64,000 nt of DNA, taken from the IMG/VR virus record IMGVR_UViG_3300031344_000001. The stretch is one strand, 5' to 3'. A program made the position numbers and the translations under genes. Shown piece after piece: positions 1-7,069 of this stretch. The DNA comes from a virus (Duplodnaviria; Heunggongvirae; Uroviricota; Caudoviricetes). Position 1 is the stretch's first letter, and every line of letters starts with the position of its first letter. The notes below the pieces were generated by a model, which was not told the DNA's origin, made no database searches, and worked only from the letters and a program-made list of their open reading frames with translations.

Positions 1-1008
1 CATGATGGCCCGCGTGACACCGAGCTTCTTCGGCAAGAGCCCGACGACCCGCTTCCAGTCCGGCTTCTCGGCGACGATCTTCTCGCAGACCTGCGCCTCG
101 GTCAGCTCGTCCCAGCTCTCGGCCTTGGACATCTCGACGCCGATGAGCATCGAGCGCCGGCCGTCCTTTGCCTGATCCTGGGACCAGGTCAGCGCCTCGA
201 AAAACTTCGGCGTCGAGGGCTTGTAGCCGACGGCCCGCGCGAGGTCCATCACCGTGCTCTTGAAGCCAGCCTTGATGAGGCCGTCGAGCATCTTGGGGTT
301 CTCCTCGCGGAACTGGAGCCACTTCTCGACGACCTTCGCCCAGCGCCCCAGGAACGGGCGCCGGGCGGAGTGGCCGAAACCCAGCTCGCGGTTGACGGCA
401 GCCACGCCCGGCACCTTCAAGAGGTTGTGGACGCGGAGCAGGAGCTTCGGGTTCAGATCTTTGCCGTCCCGCCGGTGGACGAGCAGCATCGCCTCACCAA
501 CGTCGCGGAAGTCGTCGTCGTAGAACGACACCTTGCCCCCGTCGAGCACGGGGTCACCCTTGCGGGTCTGCACGAGCATGAATGCCGCGAGCACGACCTT
601 GAGGTCGCGGTGCTCCTGCCCGAAGGCGTACGAGGCCCAGCGCGCAGCGAACTCGTTGTCCATCCGCCAGACCTCGGCGACCTGGCGGTACATCCACACG
701 GCGACCTCGGGGAACAGCCCCGGCGCGCGGTACTCGCCGACCACGCGCCCGTTCTCCTCGACCTTCCGATCGGCGCGCATCACGCCCTTGCGGACCTTGT
801 TCGTCTTCTTGCCGACCTTCGTCAGCTCGTAGACGACCTTCTGACCGTTCTCGTCCTTGTGCGTGACCGGCACCCAGCGCACGCCGACCGCGTGCCGCGC
901 GTCCGCCGTCACCATGCCGGGACGGTTGTGGACCATGTGGTCTGCGTAGTTCAGGAGCGTCTGGAGGATCTTCTCCGCCGGGCCCAGCTTCTCGTTTGCA
1001 GTCGTCAT
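1..1008 (-). CDS. TROVE/Ro60-like RNA-binding protein, N-terminal part (runs off the window; not in the ORF track)
   Basis: Hand translation: open 336 codons MTTANEKLGPAEKILQTLL...DNEFAARWASYAF..EHRDLKVVLAAFML...; AGGGGG SD upstream; helical character and position at the end of the tRNA array. CDS is solid, family call is by recall. Confidence 0.5.
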   Translation of the reverse strand, partial: MTTANEKLGPAEKILQTLLNYADHMVHNRPGMVTADARHAVGVRWVPVTHKDENGQKVVYELTKVGKKTNKVRKGVMRADRKVEENGRVVGEYRAPGLFPEVAVWMYRQVAEVWRMDNEFAARWASYAFGQEHRDLKVVLAAFMLVQTRKGDPVLDGGKVSFYDDDFRDVGEAMLLVHRRDGKDLNPKLLLRVHNLLKVPGVAAVNRELGFGHSARRPFLGRWAKVVEKWLQFREENPKMLDGLIKAGFKSTVMDLARAVGYKPSTPKFFEALTWSQDQAKDGRRSMLIGVEMSKAESWDELTEAQVCEKIVAEKPDWKRVVGLLPKKLGVTRAIM

Positions 1009-1089
1009 CGCGATCCCCCTTGCAGCCAGCGCATTCACCTGGCTGCGCTTTGTGCCATCAGATGCACTCGAATGCAAGCGCAGGGATCG

Positions 1090-1161
1090 TATCGGCGACG
1101 GGGATCGAACCCGTATCTCGGTCTTGAAAGGACCGGGTCCTGGCCATTGAACGACGCCGAC
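1090..1161 (-). tRNA. tRNA-Glu(TTC)
   Basis: anticodon arm CGGTC-CTTTCAA-GACCG; T arm GGTTCGATCC. Confidence 0.9.
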
Positions 1162-1166
1162 AGGAG

Positions 1167-1234
1167 TGCCTCCGGCTGGACTCGAACCAGCTCACCGAGC
1201 TTCGGAGACTCGGGTCACGTCCACGTACGGAGGC
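1167..1234 (-). tRNA. tRNA-Arg(CCG), short D arm
   Basis: acceptor GCCTCCG/CGGAGGC; loop CTCCGAA; GGTTCGAGTCC. Confidence 0.8.
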
Positions 1235-1448
1235 GTGAAATAGTGCGTAGTCGACGACGATGCTAACGTTATGCTGTGAGCCGATCCCGCCGCCGTCGGA
1301 AGCTGCCGAAGTGCAGCTGTGGTCGCCACTGCATCCCACGCGATGATGCGAAGCAGCGCGATTCAATCGGGAGCTGCACGATCCTCGAGTACACCTACGA
1401 GCACAACGCGCGCCTGCGCGCGTTCCGTCGGAAGCGTGCCGCATCAAG

Positions 1449-1521
1449 TGATCCCGCCAGGACTTGAACCTGGGCCCTTCGGTTTAGGAAACCGACGCTC
1501 TGTCCACTGAGCTACGGGACC
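1449..1521 (-). tRNA. tRNA-Arg(CCT)
   Basis: TCGGT-TTCCTAA-ACCGA; canonical D and T arms. Confidence 0.92.
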
Positions 1522-1865
1522 GACGTCTCTCGCGACCACATCTCAGGGCTGTGCTCGCTGAGATCCTTGACGCGGCCCCAGAAGAGCGCCTTGATGTCGA
1601 ACGGGATCTCGAACTTCGGATCGGTGCGCTCGCGTACGACGCGAAACACGTCGTAGACCAGTTCGTCGACGGGGTGCTTGATCTCCTCGACGTAGATCCG
1701 GCTGAACTTCTCCCGCCAGTGAAAGAAGGATCCGCGCGCCGCGCACCAGCGCGCGACCGAAGCGTTCCGACAGCGGCCGACGTAGTACGCACCGTCCACG
1801 AGCGCATCCCTTAACAGGATCGCGCGACCGGTGTGCTCGTCGTGGTGCGGAAGCGCGAAGGACAC
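1512..1865 (-). CDS. phage-type hypothetical protein (start uncertain)
   Basis: ORF with GAYYVGRCRNASVARW...FFHWREKF...IKHP.DE..YDVF; lies between two tRNAs. Confidence 0.65.
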   Translation of the reverse strand: MSFALPHHDEHTGRAILLRDALVDGAYYVGRCRNASVARWCAARGSFFHWREKFSRIYVEEIKHPVDELVYDVFRVVRERTDPKFEIPFDIKALFWGRVKDLSEHSPEMWSRETSVP

Positions 1866-1889
1866 GAGGAAGAGTCTACACCGCGCAAG

Positions 1890-1963
1890 TGCTCCTGGAG
1901 GGACTCGAACCCACAAAGGGCCGTTTAGAAAACGGCTGCCCGTTCCAACCGAGCATCAGGAGC
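1890..1963 (-). tRNA. tRNA-Arg(TCT)
   Basis: GCCGT-TTTCTAA-ACGGC; GGTTCGAGTCC. Confidence 0.85.
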
Positions 1964-1975
1964 AGAAAAAGATCG

Positions 1976-2047
1976 AGCACCGGGCGGGAATCGAACCCGC
2001 GTTGCGCGCTTTGCAGGCGCGTGCCTGAGCCACTTGGCTACCGGTGC
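1976..2047 (-). tRNA. tRNA-Cys(GCA)
   Basis: CGCGC-CTGCAAA-GCGCG; U discriminator. Confidence 0.92.
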
Positions 2048-2071
2048 AAAACAGGTGATACGCTCAACTTC

Positions 2072-2323
2072 ATGGCCGTCACTCCCCTGATCTTGAACGT
2101 TCGTATCTCTGCCCCAACCTCGAGCGAGGTTGGAGAAAACCTCTGGCGTGTCGACATCGTCGGTGGCGTCTCGTCACGGGATGGAACGCCCCTGAGCGGC
2201 GGTCTTCTGGCGATCTGCGACACCGAGCGCGAGGCCCAAGCCTTCGTCGCAGCGCTCGGCCTCGACAACCTGTTGAACAGGATGGCCGAGCACCTGAGCA
2301 GGTCAGCGGACAAAAGCAGGTGA
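2072..2323 (+). CDS. hypothetical protein, antisense to the tRNA array
   Basis: 83-aa ORF MAVTPLILNVRIS... filling the gap between tRNAs. Confidence 0.5.
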   Translation: MAVTPLILNVRISAPTSSEVGENLWRVDIVGGVSSRDGTPLSGGLLAICDTEREAQAFVAALGLDNLLNRMAEHLSRSADKSR

Positions 2324-2499
2324 ACAACTATCTACTGTGGGGTCTTGGAATCGTTGTCCCACTAACGTGCGCCATTAGCTGGATACGAGGACGGGGGCCG
2401 ATCTGCACATGTCGTGAGCCCGGCGATTCTTGCGGACATTGCAACAGGCCGCTTCCTAAAGCCAAGGTGGTAAACCGCTGATCGTAGCGGCCCGCGTAG

Positions 2500-2570
2500 T
2501 TCAGGAGGAAGGACTCGGACCTTCATAGCTGGTGTCAAAGACCAGCGTCCTACCGTTAGACGACTCCTGA
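2500..2570 (-). tRNA. tRNA-Gln(TTG)
   Basis: CTGGT-CTTTGAC-ACCAG; variant T loop TCCGAGT. Confidence 0.88.
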
Positions 2571-2583
2571 TCATCCAGTGTCG

Positions 2584-2657
2584 AGCCGTCACTCGGAGTC
2601 GCACCGAGCCCTCTCGCGTACCAGGCGAGCGTGCCGAACTGCGGGCACCTTGGCGGC
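2584..2657 (-). tRNA. tRNA-Thr(GGT)
   Basis: CTCGC-CTGGTAC-GCGAG; variant T loop TGCGACT. Confidence 0.75.
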
Positions 2658-2670
2658 AGAAGTTTCTTCG

Positions 2671-2739
2671 TGGAGAGGATGGGAGTCGAACCCACGCAGC
2701 TCCGCTTGCAAGGCGGTGCACCATCCCGATGGCCTCCCC
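2671..2739 (-). tRNA. tRNA-Ala(TGC)
   Basis: loop CTTGCAA; acceptor GGGGAGG/CCTCTCC with G3:U70. Confidence 0.85.
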
Positions 2740-2859
2740 AGGATGCAAAGTACAAAGAAGACTCAGCCGCGTCGCCGAGCGCTCGGCGTGCGCGGCATCC
2801 TAGAGGGAGCCCCTCGCGAGGATGAGTCGTCGACGCGCGTTGATCGAACGCGCTATCGG

Positions 2860-2934
2860 CGGGAACGACGGGATTTGAACCCGCGATCTCTGCCGTGACA
2901 GGGCAGCGTCCACTCCGAGCTGGACCACGTTCCC
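2860..2934 (-). tRNA. tRNA-Asp(GTC)
   Basis: CTGCC-CTGTCAC-GGCAG; canonical. Confidence 0.93.
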
Positions 2935-2966
2935 AAAGAGCGAGAGCGTTGCCGCGCGCTCGCACG

Positions 2967-3173
2967 TCAATTCGGTCGCTCTCGAACGTCGTTGATCGGA
3001 GCCATGGGGAAATGGCCGCACCGTTCACACCGCGGCGCCAGCTCGGCGCGAGCGCGCGGATCGTCGGGCTTGAGCGTCAGCTTCGCGCCGCACCCCGGGC
3101 AGCCCCACCGATAGATGGGCTCCGTGAAGGGCACGAGGTCCTCGGGACGGAAGGTGCCGTACTTAACCTTCAC
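2967..3173 (-). CDS. small zinc-ribbon protein
   Basis: GTG start overlaps the HNH stop (GTGA); CPGC...CERC. Confidence 0.6.
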   Translation of the reverse strand: MKVKYGTFRPEDLVPFTEPIYRWGCPGCGAKLTLKPDDPRARAELAPRCERCGHFPMAPINDVRERPN

Positions 3174-3706
3174 CCTTGCTCCAGCTCCGCGGTCCAGTAC
3201 AGGTAGTCCCTCCAAGCGTCGGGCACCGACGCGCTGCTCACGGCCACTACGAGCACCGGCGACGCGGTCGGCTGTACCGGCGTCTTCAGGAGACGCATGC
3301 CCGCCTGCTCGGGCGTGCGGTTCGCCTTCTTGCGGTTGCAGTCCTCGCAGCACGTGACGATGTTCGTCCACGTCGTCGTGCCACCCCGCGAGCGGGGCAA
3401 GACGTGGTCGTACGATAGGTCGCCGATCGAGTGCTTCGTGCCGCAATACTGGCAGGTGTACTTGTCGCGCCCGTAGATGTTGATGCGCGAGAACTTCACC
3501 GGCTTCTTGTGCCGACGGAACGCCGAGAGTAGCCGCACGACCGCGGGGATCTTGATGACGACCGAGGTCGTCTTGATGTTGCGGTCGTACTCCTCGATCA
3601 CCTCGGCCTTGCCGAGGAAGAGCAGCGTGATCGCGTGCTTCCACGAGACGATGTTCACCGGCTCGTAGCTCTGCGAGAGGACAAGGGTTCTATGTGTCGA
3701 CTCCAT
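3170..3706 (-). CDS. HNH endonuclease
   Basis: TLVLSQSYEP N-terminus; RDKYTCQYCG...DHVLPRSRGG..TWTNIVTCCEDCNRKK; AAGGAG SD. Confidence 0.93.
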   Translation of the reverse strand: MESTHRTLVLSQSYEPVNIVSWKHAITLLFLGKAEVIEEYDRNIKTTSVVIKIPAVVRLLSAFRRHKKPVKFSRINIYGRDKYTCQYCGTKHSIGDLSYDHVLPRSRGGTTTWTNIVTCCEDCNRKKANRTPEQAGMRLLKTPVQPTASPVLVVAVSSASVPDAWRDYLYWTAELEQG

Positions 3707-3784
3707 GGCGTTCGTTCTCCTTCGTTCGATCCTACAGACGTTCCACCCGGCGCGGATCTGACACCGCCACCAGAACTCCTTTCG

Positions 3785-3856
3785 TCGAGCAGACAGGGAT
3801 CGAACCTGCGGTCCCCGGTTCCCCGAACCGGTGCGATACCACTTCGCCACTGCTCG
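3785..3856 (-). tRNA. tRNA-Pro(GGG)
   Basis: CCGGT-TCGGGGA-ACCGG (C33). Confidence 0.85.
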
Positions 3857-3859
3857 AGC

Positions 3860-3935
3860 TGGGGTGACTAGAGGGAATCGAACCCTCGTATCCTGTTCCA
3901 CAAACAGGCGCCTTAGCCGCTAGGCGATAGTCACC
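3860..3935 (-). tRNA. tRNA-His(GTG)
   Basis: CCTGT-TTGTGGA-ACAGG; G-1 and encoded CCA. Confidence 0.93.
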
Positions 3936-3945
3936 ATAATCATCG

Positions 3946-4018
3946 TAGGCCCCGAAGGATTTGAACCCTCAACATTCCGCTAATAAGGCAGACGTTCTAC
4001 CTGTTGAACTAGAGGCCC
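3946..4018 (-). tRNA. tRNA-Ile(TAT)
   Basis: TCTGC-CTTATTA-GCGGA; canonical D and T arms; pyrimidine at position 37. Confidence 0.8.
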
Positions 4019-4024
4019 GCGTCG

Positions 4025-4096
4025 TAGGACTGGGAGGAGTTGAACCTCTCATCGCTCGGTTATCAACCAAGTGCTCTACCGTTGAGCTACAGTCCC
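4025..4096 (-). tRNA. tRNA-Ile(GAT)
   Basis: CTTGG-TTGATAA-CCGAG. Confidence 0.92.
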
Positions 4097-4102
4097 GCAT
4101 CG

Positions 4103-4175
4103 TAGAGAACGTCGGAATCGAACCGACCTCAAGCGTCTTGTAAGGGCGCCATCACCGCCAGGTGGACTGTCCTCC
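4103..4175 (-). tRNA. tRNA-Val(TAC)
   Basis: loop CTTACAA; GGTTCGATTCC; imperfect stems. Confidence 0.75.
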
Positions 4176-4181
4176 ATGTCG

Positions 4182-4256
4182 TCGGGGTGAGTGGATTTGA
4201 ACCACCAATCTCTGCGTCCCGAACGCAGCGCTCTGACCAGGTTGAGCCACACCCCG
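4182..4256 (-). tRNA. tRNA-Pro(CGG)
   Basis: CTGCG-TTCGGGA-CGCAG; canonical. Confidence 0.94.
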
Positions 4257-4290
4257 TTGTTCGTATCGTAGCGCATCCGTACATCGTTCG

Positions 4291-4362
4291 TCGCAACGGG
4301 CGGACTTGAACCGCACCCCGCACGGCTTATGAGACCGTCGTCCAGATCCACTGGTCGCTGCG
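4291..4362 (-). tRNA. tRNA-Met(CAT) (Met vs Ile2 unresolved)
   Basis: ACGGT-CTCATAA-GCCGT; GGTTCAAGTCC. Confidence 0.8.
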
Positions 4363-4366
4363 AAGG

Positions 4367-4442
4367 CGTGGTCTCCGGGACTTTCACCCAGCTGCGCTTT
4401 GGCTTCCTCCTCGCGTTCGCCGTCCGCGAGGCCAAGACCACG
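4367..4442 (-). ncRNA. tRNA-like RNA with acceptor stem and T arm but no normal anticodon arm
   Basis: GTGGTCT/AGACCAC stem, CTGGG-TGAAAGT-CCCGG arm, internal CCTCGCG/CGCGAGG hairpin. Confidence 0.55.
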
Positions 4443-4515
4443 TGGCAGGTCGCCAGGGGATTGAACCCTGCCGCTACGGATTTGGAATCCGAGCCGAGCC
4501 CAGCTCGCGCGACCT
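4443..4515 (-). tRNA. tRNA-Trp(CCA)
   Basis: loop TTCCAAA; acceptor AGGTCGC/GCGACCT, G73, encoded CCA. Confidence 0.88.
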
Positions 4516-4597
4516 AGAAAGAAAGGCTCGCGCGCACCAGTCATCGTCACGGTGGTGGGACACCGTGCCGAGCTGCCCACGTGCGTGCGAGCGCTAG

Positions 4598-4671
4598 TAC
4601 CCCTGGAAGGAATTGCACCTCCGACACCTCGGTCCGTAGCCGAGTGCTCTGGTCTACTGAGCTACAGGGGC
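4598..4671 (-). tRNA. tRNA-Arg(ACG)
   Basis: CTCGG-CTACGGA-CCGAG; T loop TGCAATT. Confidence 0.9.
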
Positions 4672-4677
4672 AAAGAG

Positions 4678-4751
4678 TGTCGCGTGCGGGAGTCGAACCC
4701 GCGTTTCCGGTGTGAGGGACCAGCGTCCTAGGCCATCTGGACGAACACGAC
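4678..4751 (-). tRNA. tRNA-Glu(CTC)
   Basis: CTGGT-CCCTCAC-ACCGG (C33). Confidence 0.88.
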
Positions 4752-4759
4752 AAAAACAG

Positions 4760-4831
4760 TGCGCGCGGCAGGGATCGAACCTGCGAGCTCCGGGTTGTCG
4801 TCCCGGCAATCTGCCGCTGATCTACGCGCGC
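4760..4831 (-). tRNA. tRNA-Val(GAC)
   Basis: CCGGG-ACGACAA-CCCGG (A32, C33). Confidence 0.82.
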
Positions 4832-4836
4832 ATCGG

Positions 4837-4909
4837 AGCGGATGACGAGAATCGAACTCGCCTTTAGAGCGTTGGAAGCGCCCTGCCTCACCAGTCGAGC
4901 CTCATCCGC
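4837..4909 (-). tRNA. tRNA-Gly(TCC)
   Basis: loop CTTCCAA; acceptor GCGGATG/CATCCGC, U73. Confidence 0.88.
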
Positions 4910-4916
4910 AAAACAG

Positions 4917-4988
4917 CTCCTCGGGCAGGAATCGAACCTGCAACCCTCGCGTTAACAGCGCGCCGCACTACCGTTGTGCTACCGAAGA
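4917..4988 (-). tRNA. tRNA-Asn(GTT)
   Basis: loop CTGTTAA; U1-A72, G73. Confidence 0.9.
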
Positions 4989-5004
4989 ATATCGAAAACT
5001 GTCG

Positions 5005-5077
5005 AGCCCGCAGCAGGGATCGCACCCGCGGCCCCTCGCTTACAAGGCGAGTGCTCTGCTGGCTGAGCTATACGGGC
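5005..5077 (-). tRNA. tRNA-Thr(TGT)
   Basis: CTCGC-CTTGTAA-GCGAG; T loop TGCGATC. Confidence 0.87.
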
Positions 5078-5087
5078 AAGCTCGTCG

Positions 5088-5158
5088 AGCCCTCGTCGAG
5101 AATCGAACTCGAGCCTGCGGTTTACGAAACCGCTGCACGACCGTCGTGCTACGAGGGC
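5088..5158 (-). tRNA. tRNA-Thr(CGT)
   Basis: GCGGT-TTCGTAA-ACCGC. Confidence 0.88.
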
Positions 5159-5162
5159 ATTC

Positions 5163-5393
5163 ATGTCATCGAGCATCCACCTCACTCTTCGTGAGCTTCG
5201 TGACGCCTCCGAGTGGGCCGAGGCCCACGTGCGCGATGTCCACAGCGGCGACTTGCCGAACGGGGACCTCCGCGTCTCCACGCTGCCGACCGCCGGCATC
5301 GGGATGCGCGTCGTCGTCTTGTGCGAGGCGTGCGACCGCGTTCGAGTATCAAACGCGAACCACCACGACGTCACCGACTACAGCTGCTGGTGA
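5163..5393 (+). CDS. small hypothetical protein (CxxC), antisense to the array
   Basis: 76-aa ORF starting 5 nt from the adjacent tRNA; CEAC. Confidence 0.5.
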   Translation: MSSSIHLTLRELRDASEWAEAHVRDVHSGDLPNGDLRVSTLPTAGIGMRVVVLCEACDRVRVSNANHHDVTDYSCW

Positions 5394-5396
5394 TGA

Positions 5397-5582
5397 ATGT
5401 CCCAGCAACCACGCAACATCGACCTCGATCTTGAAGGGGGCGAACGACTTGCGCTGACCGTGAAATGTCCGAACGCGCGCTGTGCCTCCCCATCCGGAAC
5501 AAGGTGCCAACCGTACACGCACTGGGTCCGCGTAGCGTGGGCGCTTCGCGCGTTACCAAAACCCGTCGAACGCGACGTCTAA
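5397..5582 (+). CDS. small putative zinc-finger protein
   Basis: CPNARC.SPSGTRC...TH.VR; directly follows the previous ORF. Confidence 0.5.
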   Translation: MSQQPRNIDLDLEGGERLALTVKCPNARCASPSGTRCQPYTHWVRVAWALRALPKPVERDV

Positions 5583-5585
5583 CCG

Positions 5586-5657
5586 AGCGGACGACGGGGA
5601 TCGAACCCGCCTGTATCAGCTTGGCAAGCTGACGCCGCACCAAGCGGCCTCGTCCGC
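5586..5657 (-). tRNA. tRNA-Gly(GCC)
   Basis: TCAGC-TTGCCAA-GCTGA. Confidence 0.9.
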
Positions 5658-5773
5658 AAAACGAAGTCCCGAGTCGCGTTTCAACGTCCGAGTTGGGGTA
5701 ACTCAGGCGCCTCATCGTTGCTACGGCGATCACGTGATCGCCGGCCCGGGCTCTCGGATGCCCGTGCTTCTCG

Positions 5774-5845
5774 TCGAGGTGAGAGGAATCGAACCTCCAG
5801 TCCCAGCGTCCCAAACGCTGTACCCTACCGTTGGGCCACACCTCG
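5774..5845 (-). tRNA. tRNA-Pro(TGG)
   Basis: CAGCG-TTTGGGA-CGCTG. Confidence 0.92.
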
Positions 5846-5963
5846 GAAAAGTTGCTCCCCCTGGATCCCAGTTATTCCCCGGCATGGGGACCTCCGCGCC
5901 TGCGGTTCTTAGAAGTGCCGGGCAAGATGTCGTCTGCACAGGGGAGCTTTGACGACCCACGCG

Positions 5964-6035
5964 TGCCCCCGGTTGGACTTGAACCAACACGCTTCCGGGT
6001 AAGAACCGGCTGCTCTGCATTGGAGCTACGGAGGC
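5964..6035 (-). tRNA. tRNA-Lys(CTT)
   Basis: CCGG-TTCTTAC-CCGG; GGTTCAAGTCC. Confidence 0.82.
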
Positions 6036-6086
6036 AAAGAACGGGCACCAACTCGCGTACGACCGCGAAGTGATTGCCCGCAAACG

Positions 6087-6159
6087 TGCCCAGAGATCGA
6101 GTTGAACGATCATCTCCAGCTCTTCAGGCCGGCGCTTGCACCTCGCAAGCTGTCTGGAC
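6087..6159 (-). tRNA. tRNA-Phe(GAA)
   Basis: CCGGC-CTGAAGA-GCTGG; CGTTCAACTCG. Confidence 0.85.
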
Positions 6160-6307
6160 AATTGTGCGATCGCGCCACATGCCGCGATCGCGTCATCGTC
6201 GTCAACTATTCACTTGTCAGGTGCCCCGTCCCCACCGTGTCGCTGGCGTCCCGCTGTGAGCTCTGCTCGGGGGACCGTCGATTCACGAGTGGTGCAGTCA
6301 GCCGCAG

Positions 6308-6378
6308 TTCAGGGGGAAGGGATCGAACCCTCATAGCGAGTGTCAGAGACTCGCGTCCTACCGTTAGACGACCCCTGA
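6308..6378 (-). tRNA. tRNA-Gln(CTG)
   Basis: CGAGT-CTCTGAC-ACTCG; paralog of the 2500-2570 tRNA. Confidence 0.92.
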
Positions 6379-6780
6379 TCGATCTTTACGCTTTTTTCGT
6401 TTGTACTCACGACAGTATTTGTTCTGAGCCTCTCGGCAACGGGCGCAATGACAGTAGCGATACGAAGACCGGGTACCGTGCTTTCCTTTCGCGACCTCTT
6501 GTCCGAGTTCCGTGATTGTTTTCTCCTCGTGACAAGCGCGACAAAGCGCCTGACATTTTCTCAACTCTTGCTCGAAGCGCTCCTTGGAGACAGACCACAA
6601 CTGACTGATCGAAAATGACTTCTTTTTTGGGTCAACGTGATCAAATTCTAACGCCTCAGTGGATCCACACTTGCAGCAGACGCCCCCAAGTTGCTTGAGC
6701 GCTGCCTCACGTCGTGCGTGATAGCGTTTAAGTATGTAAACGCGCATGTACGCATTATAATCTTGGCGCTTACTTGGCAT
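6364..6780 (-). CDS. HNH endonuclease (phage type)
   Basis: LGGVCCKCG...LEFDHVDP...KCQALCRACH; C-terminal HGT..Y..CHC.RC; visibly lower GC. Confidence 0.88.
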   Translation of the reverse strand: MPSKRQDYNAYMRVYILKRYHARREAALKQLGGVCCKCGSTEALEFDHVDPKKKSFSISQLWSVSKERFEQELRKCQALCRACHEEKTITELGQEVAKGKHGTRSSYRYCHCARCREAQNKYCREYKRKKRKDRSGVV

Positions 6781-6782
6781 CG

Positions 6783-6854
6783 TGGGATCAGAGGGATTTG
6801 AACCCTCAACTCTTGACTTAAAAGGACAGTATGATGCCGTTTCACCATGATCCC
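6783..6854 (-). tRNA. tRNA-Lys(TTT), mismatched anticodon stem
   Basis: acceptor GGGATCA/TGATCCC; loop CTTTTAA; GGTTCAAATCC. Confidence 0.78.
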
Positions 6855-6899
6855 ATTAGTGCGTCAAGAGTTTTCGTTTCTTCATCAAATCTCCTTTCG

Positions 6900-6983
6900 T
6901 GGGCGCGCTCGGAATCGAACCGAGACGGTGCAGAGCACGCGTGATCTACAATCACGCCCGGAGCCACGCCGGTCTGCGCGCCC
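6900..6983 (-). tRNA. tRNA-Tyr(GTA)
   Basis: CGTGA-TTGTAGA-TCACG; long variable arm. Confidence 0.87.
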
Positions 6984-6984
6984 G

Positions 6985-7024
6985 AAAACGAGAAGAGCCT
7001 CCAAGGGTTATCCCAGGGAGGCTC
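6985..7024 (-). terminator. intrinsic terminator of the array leader
   Basis: GAGCCTCC-ctgggataaccctt-GGAGGCTC-TTCTCGTTTT directly before the first tRNA. Confidence 0.75.
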
Positions 7025-7069
7025 CAGATCGCTTCGGCTGTTTCAGCCTGGTCTATGCGTCTGGAGCCT
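7019..7069 (-). promoter_or_regulatory. antiterminator hairpin competing with the terminator
   Basis: perfect 10-bp AGGCTCCAGA (7069-7060) / TCTGGAGCCT (7028-7019); the latter overlaps the terminator 5' arm. Confidence 0.7.

Noticed and set aside
5665-5725. Hammerhead ribozyme (GATGAG...GAAAC on the minus strand)
   Set aside because: Core reads ACGAUGA rather than CUGAUGA, and no convincing stem III or cleavage triplet was found
1090-6983. CRISPR array, or the many tracked ORFs overlapping this region
   Set aside because: The recurring motifs are tRNA T arms, not identical repeats with spacers; most overlapping ORFs are spurious translations of tRNA genes
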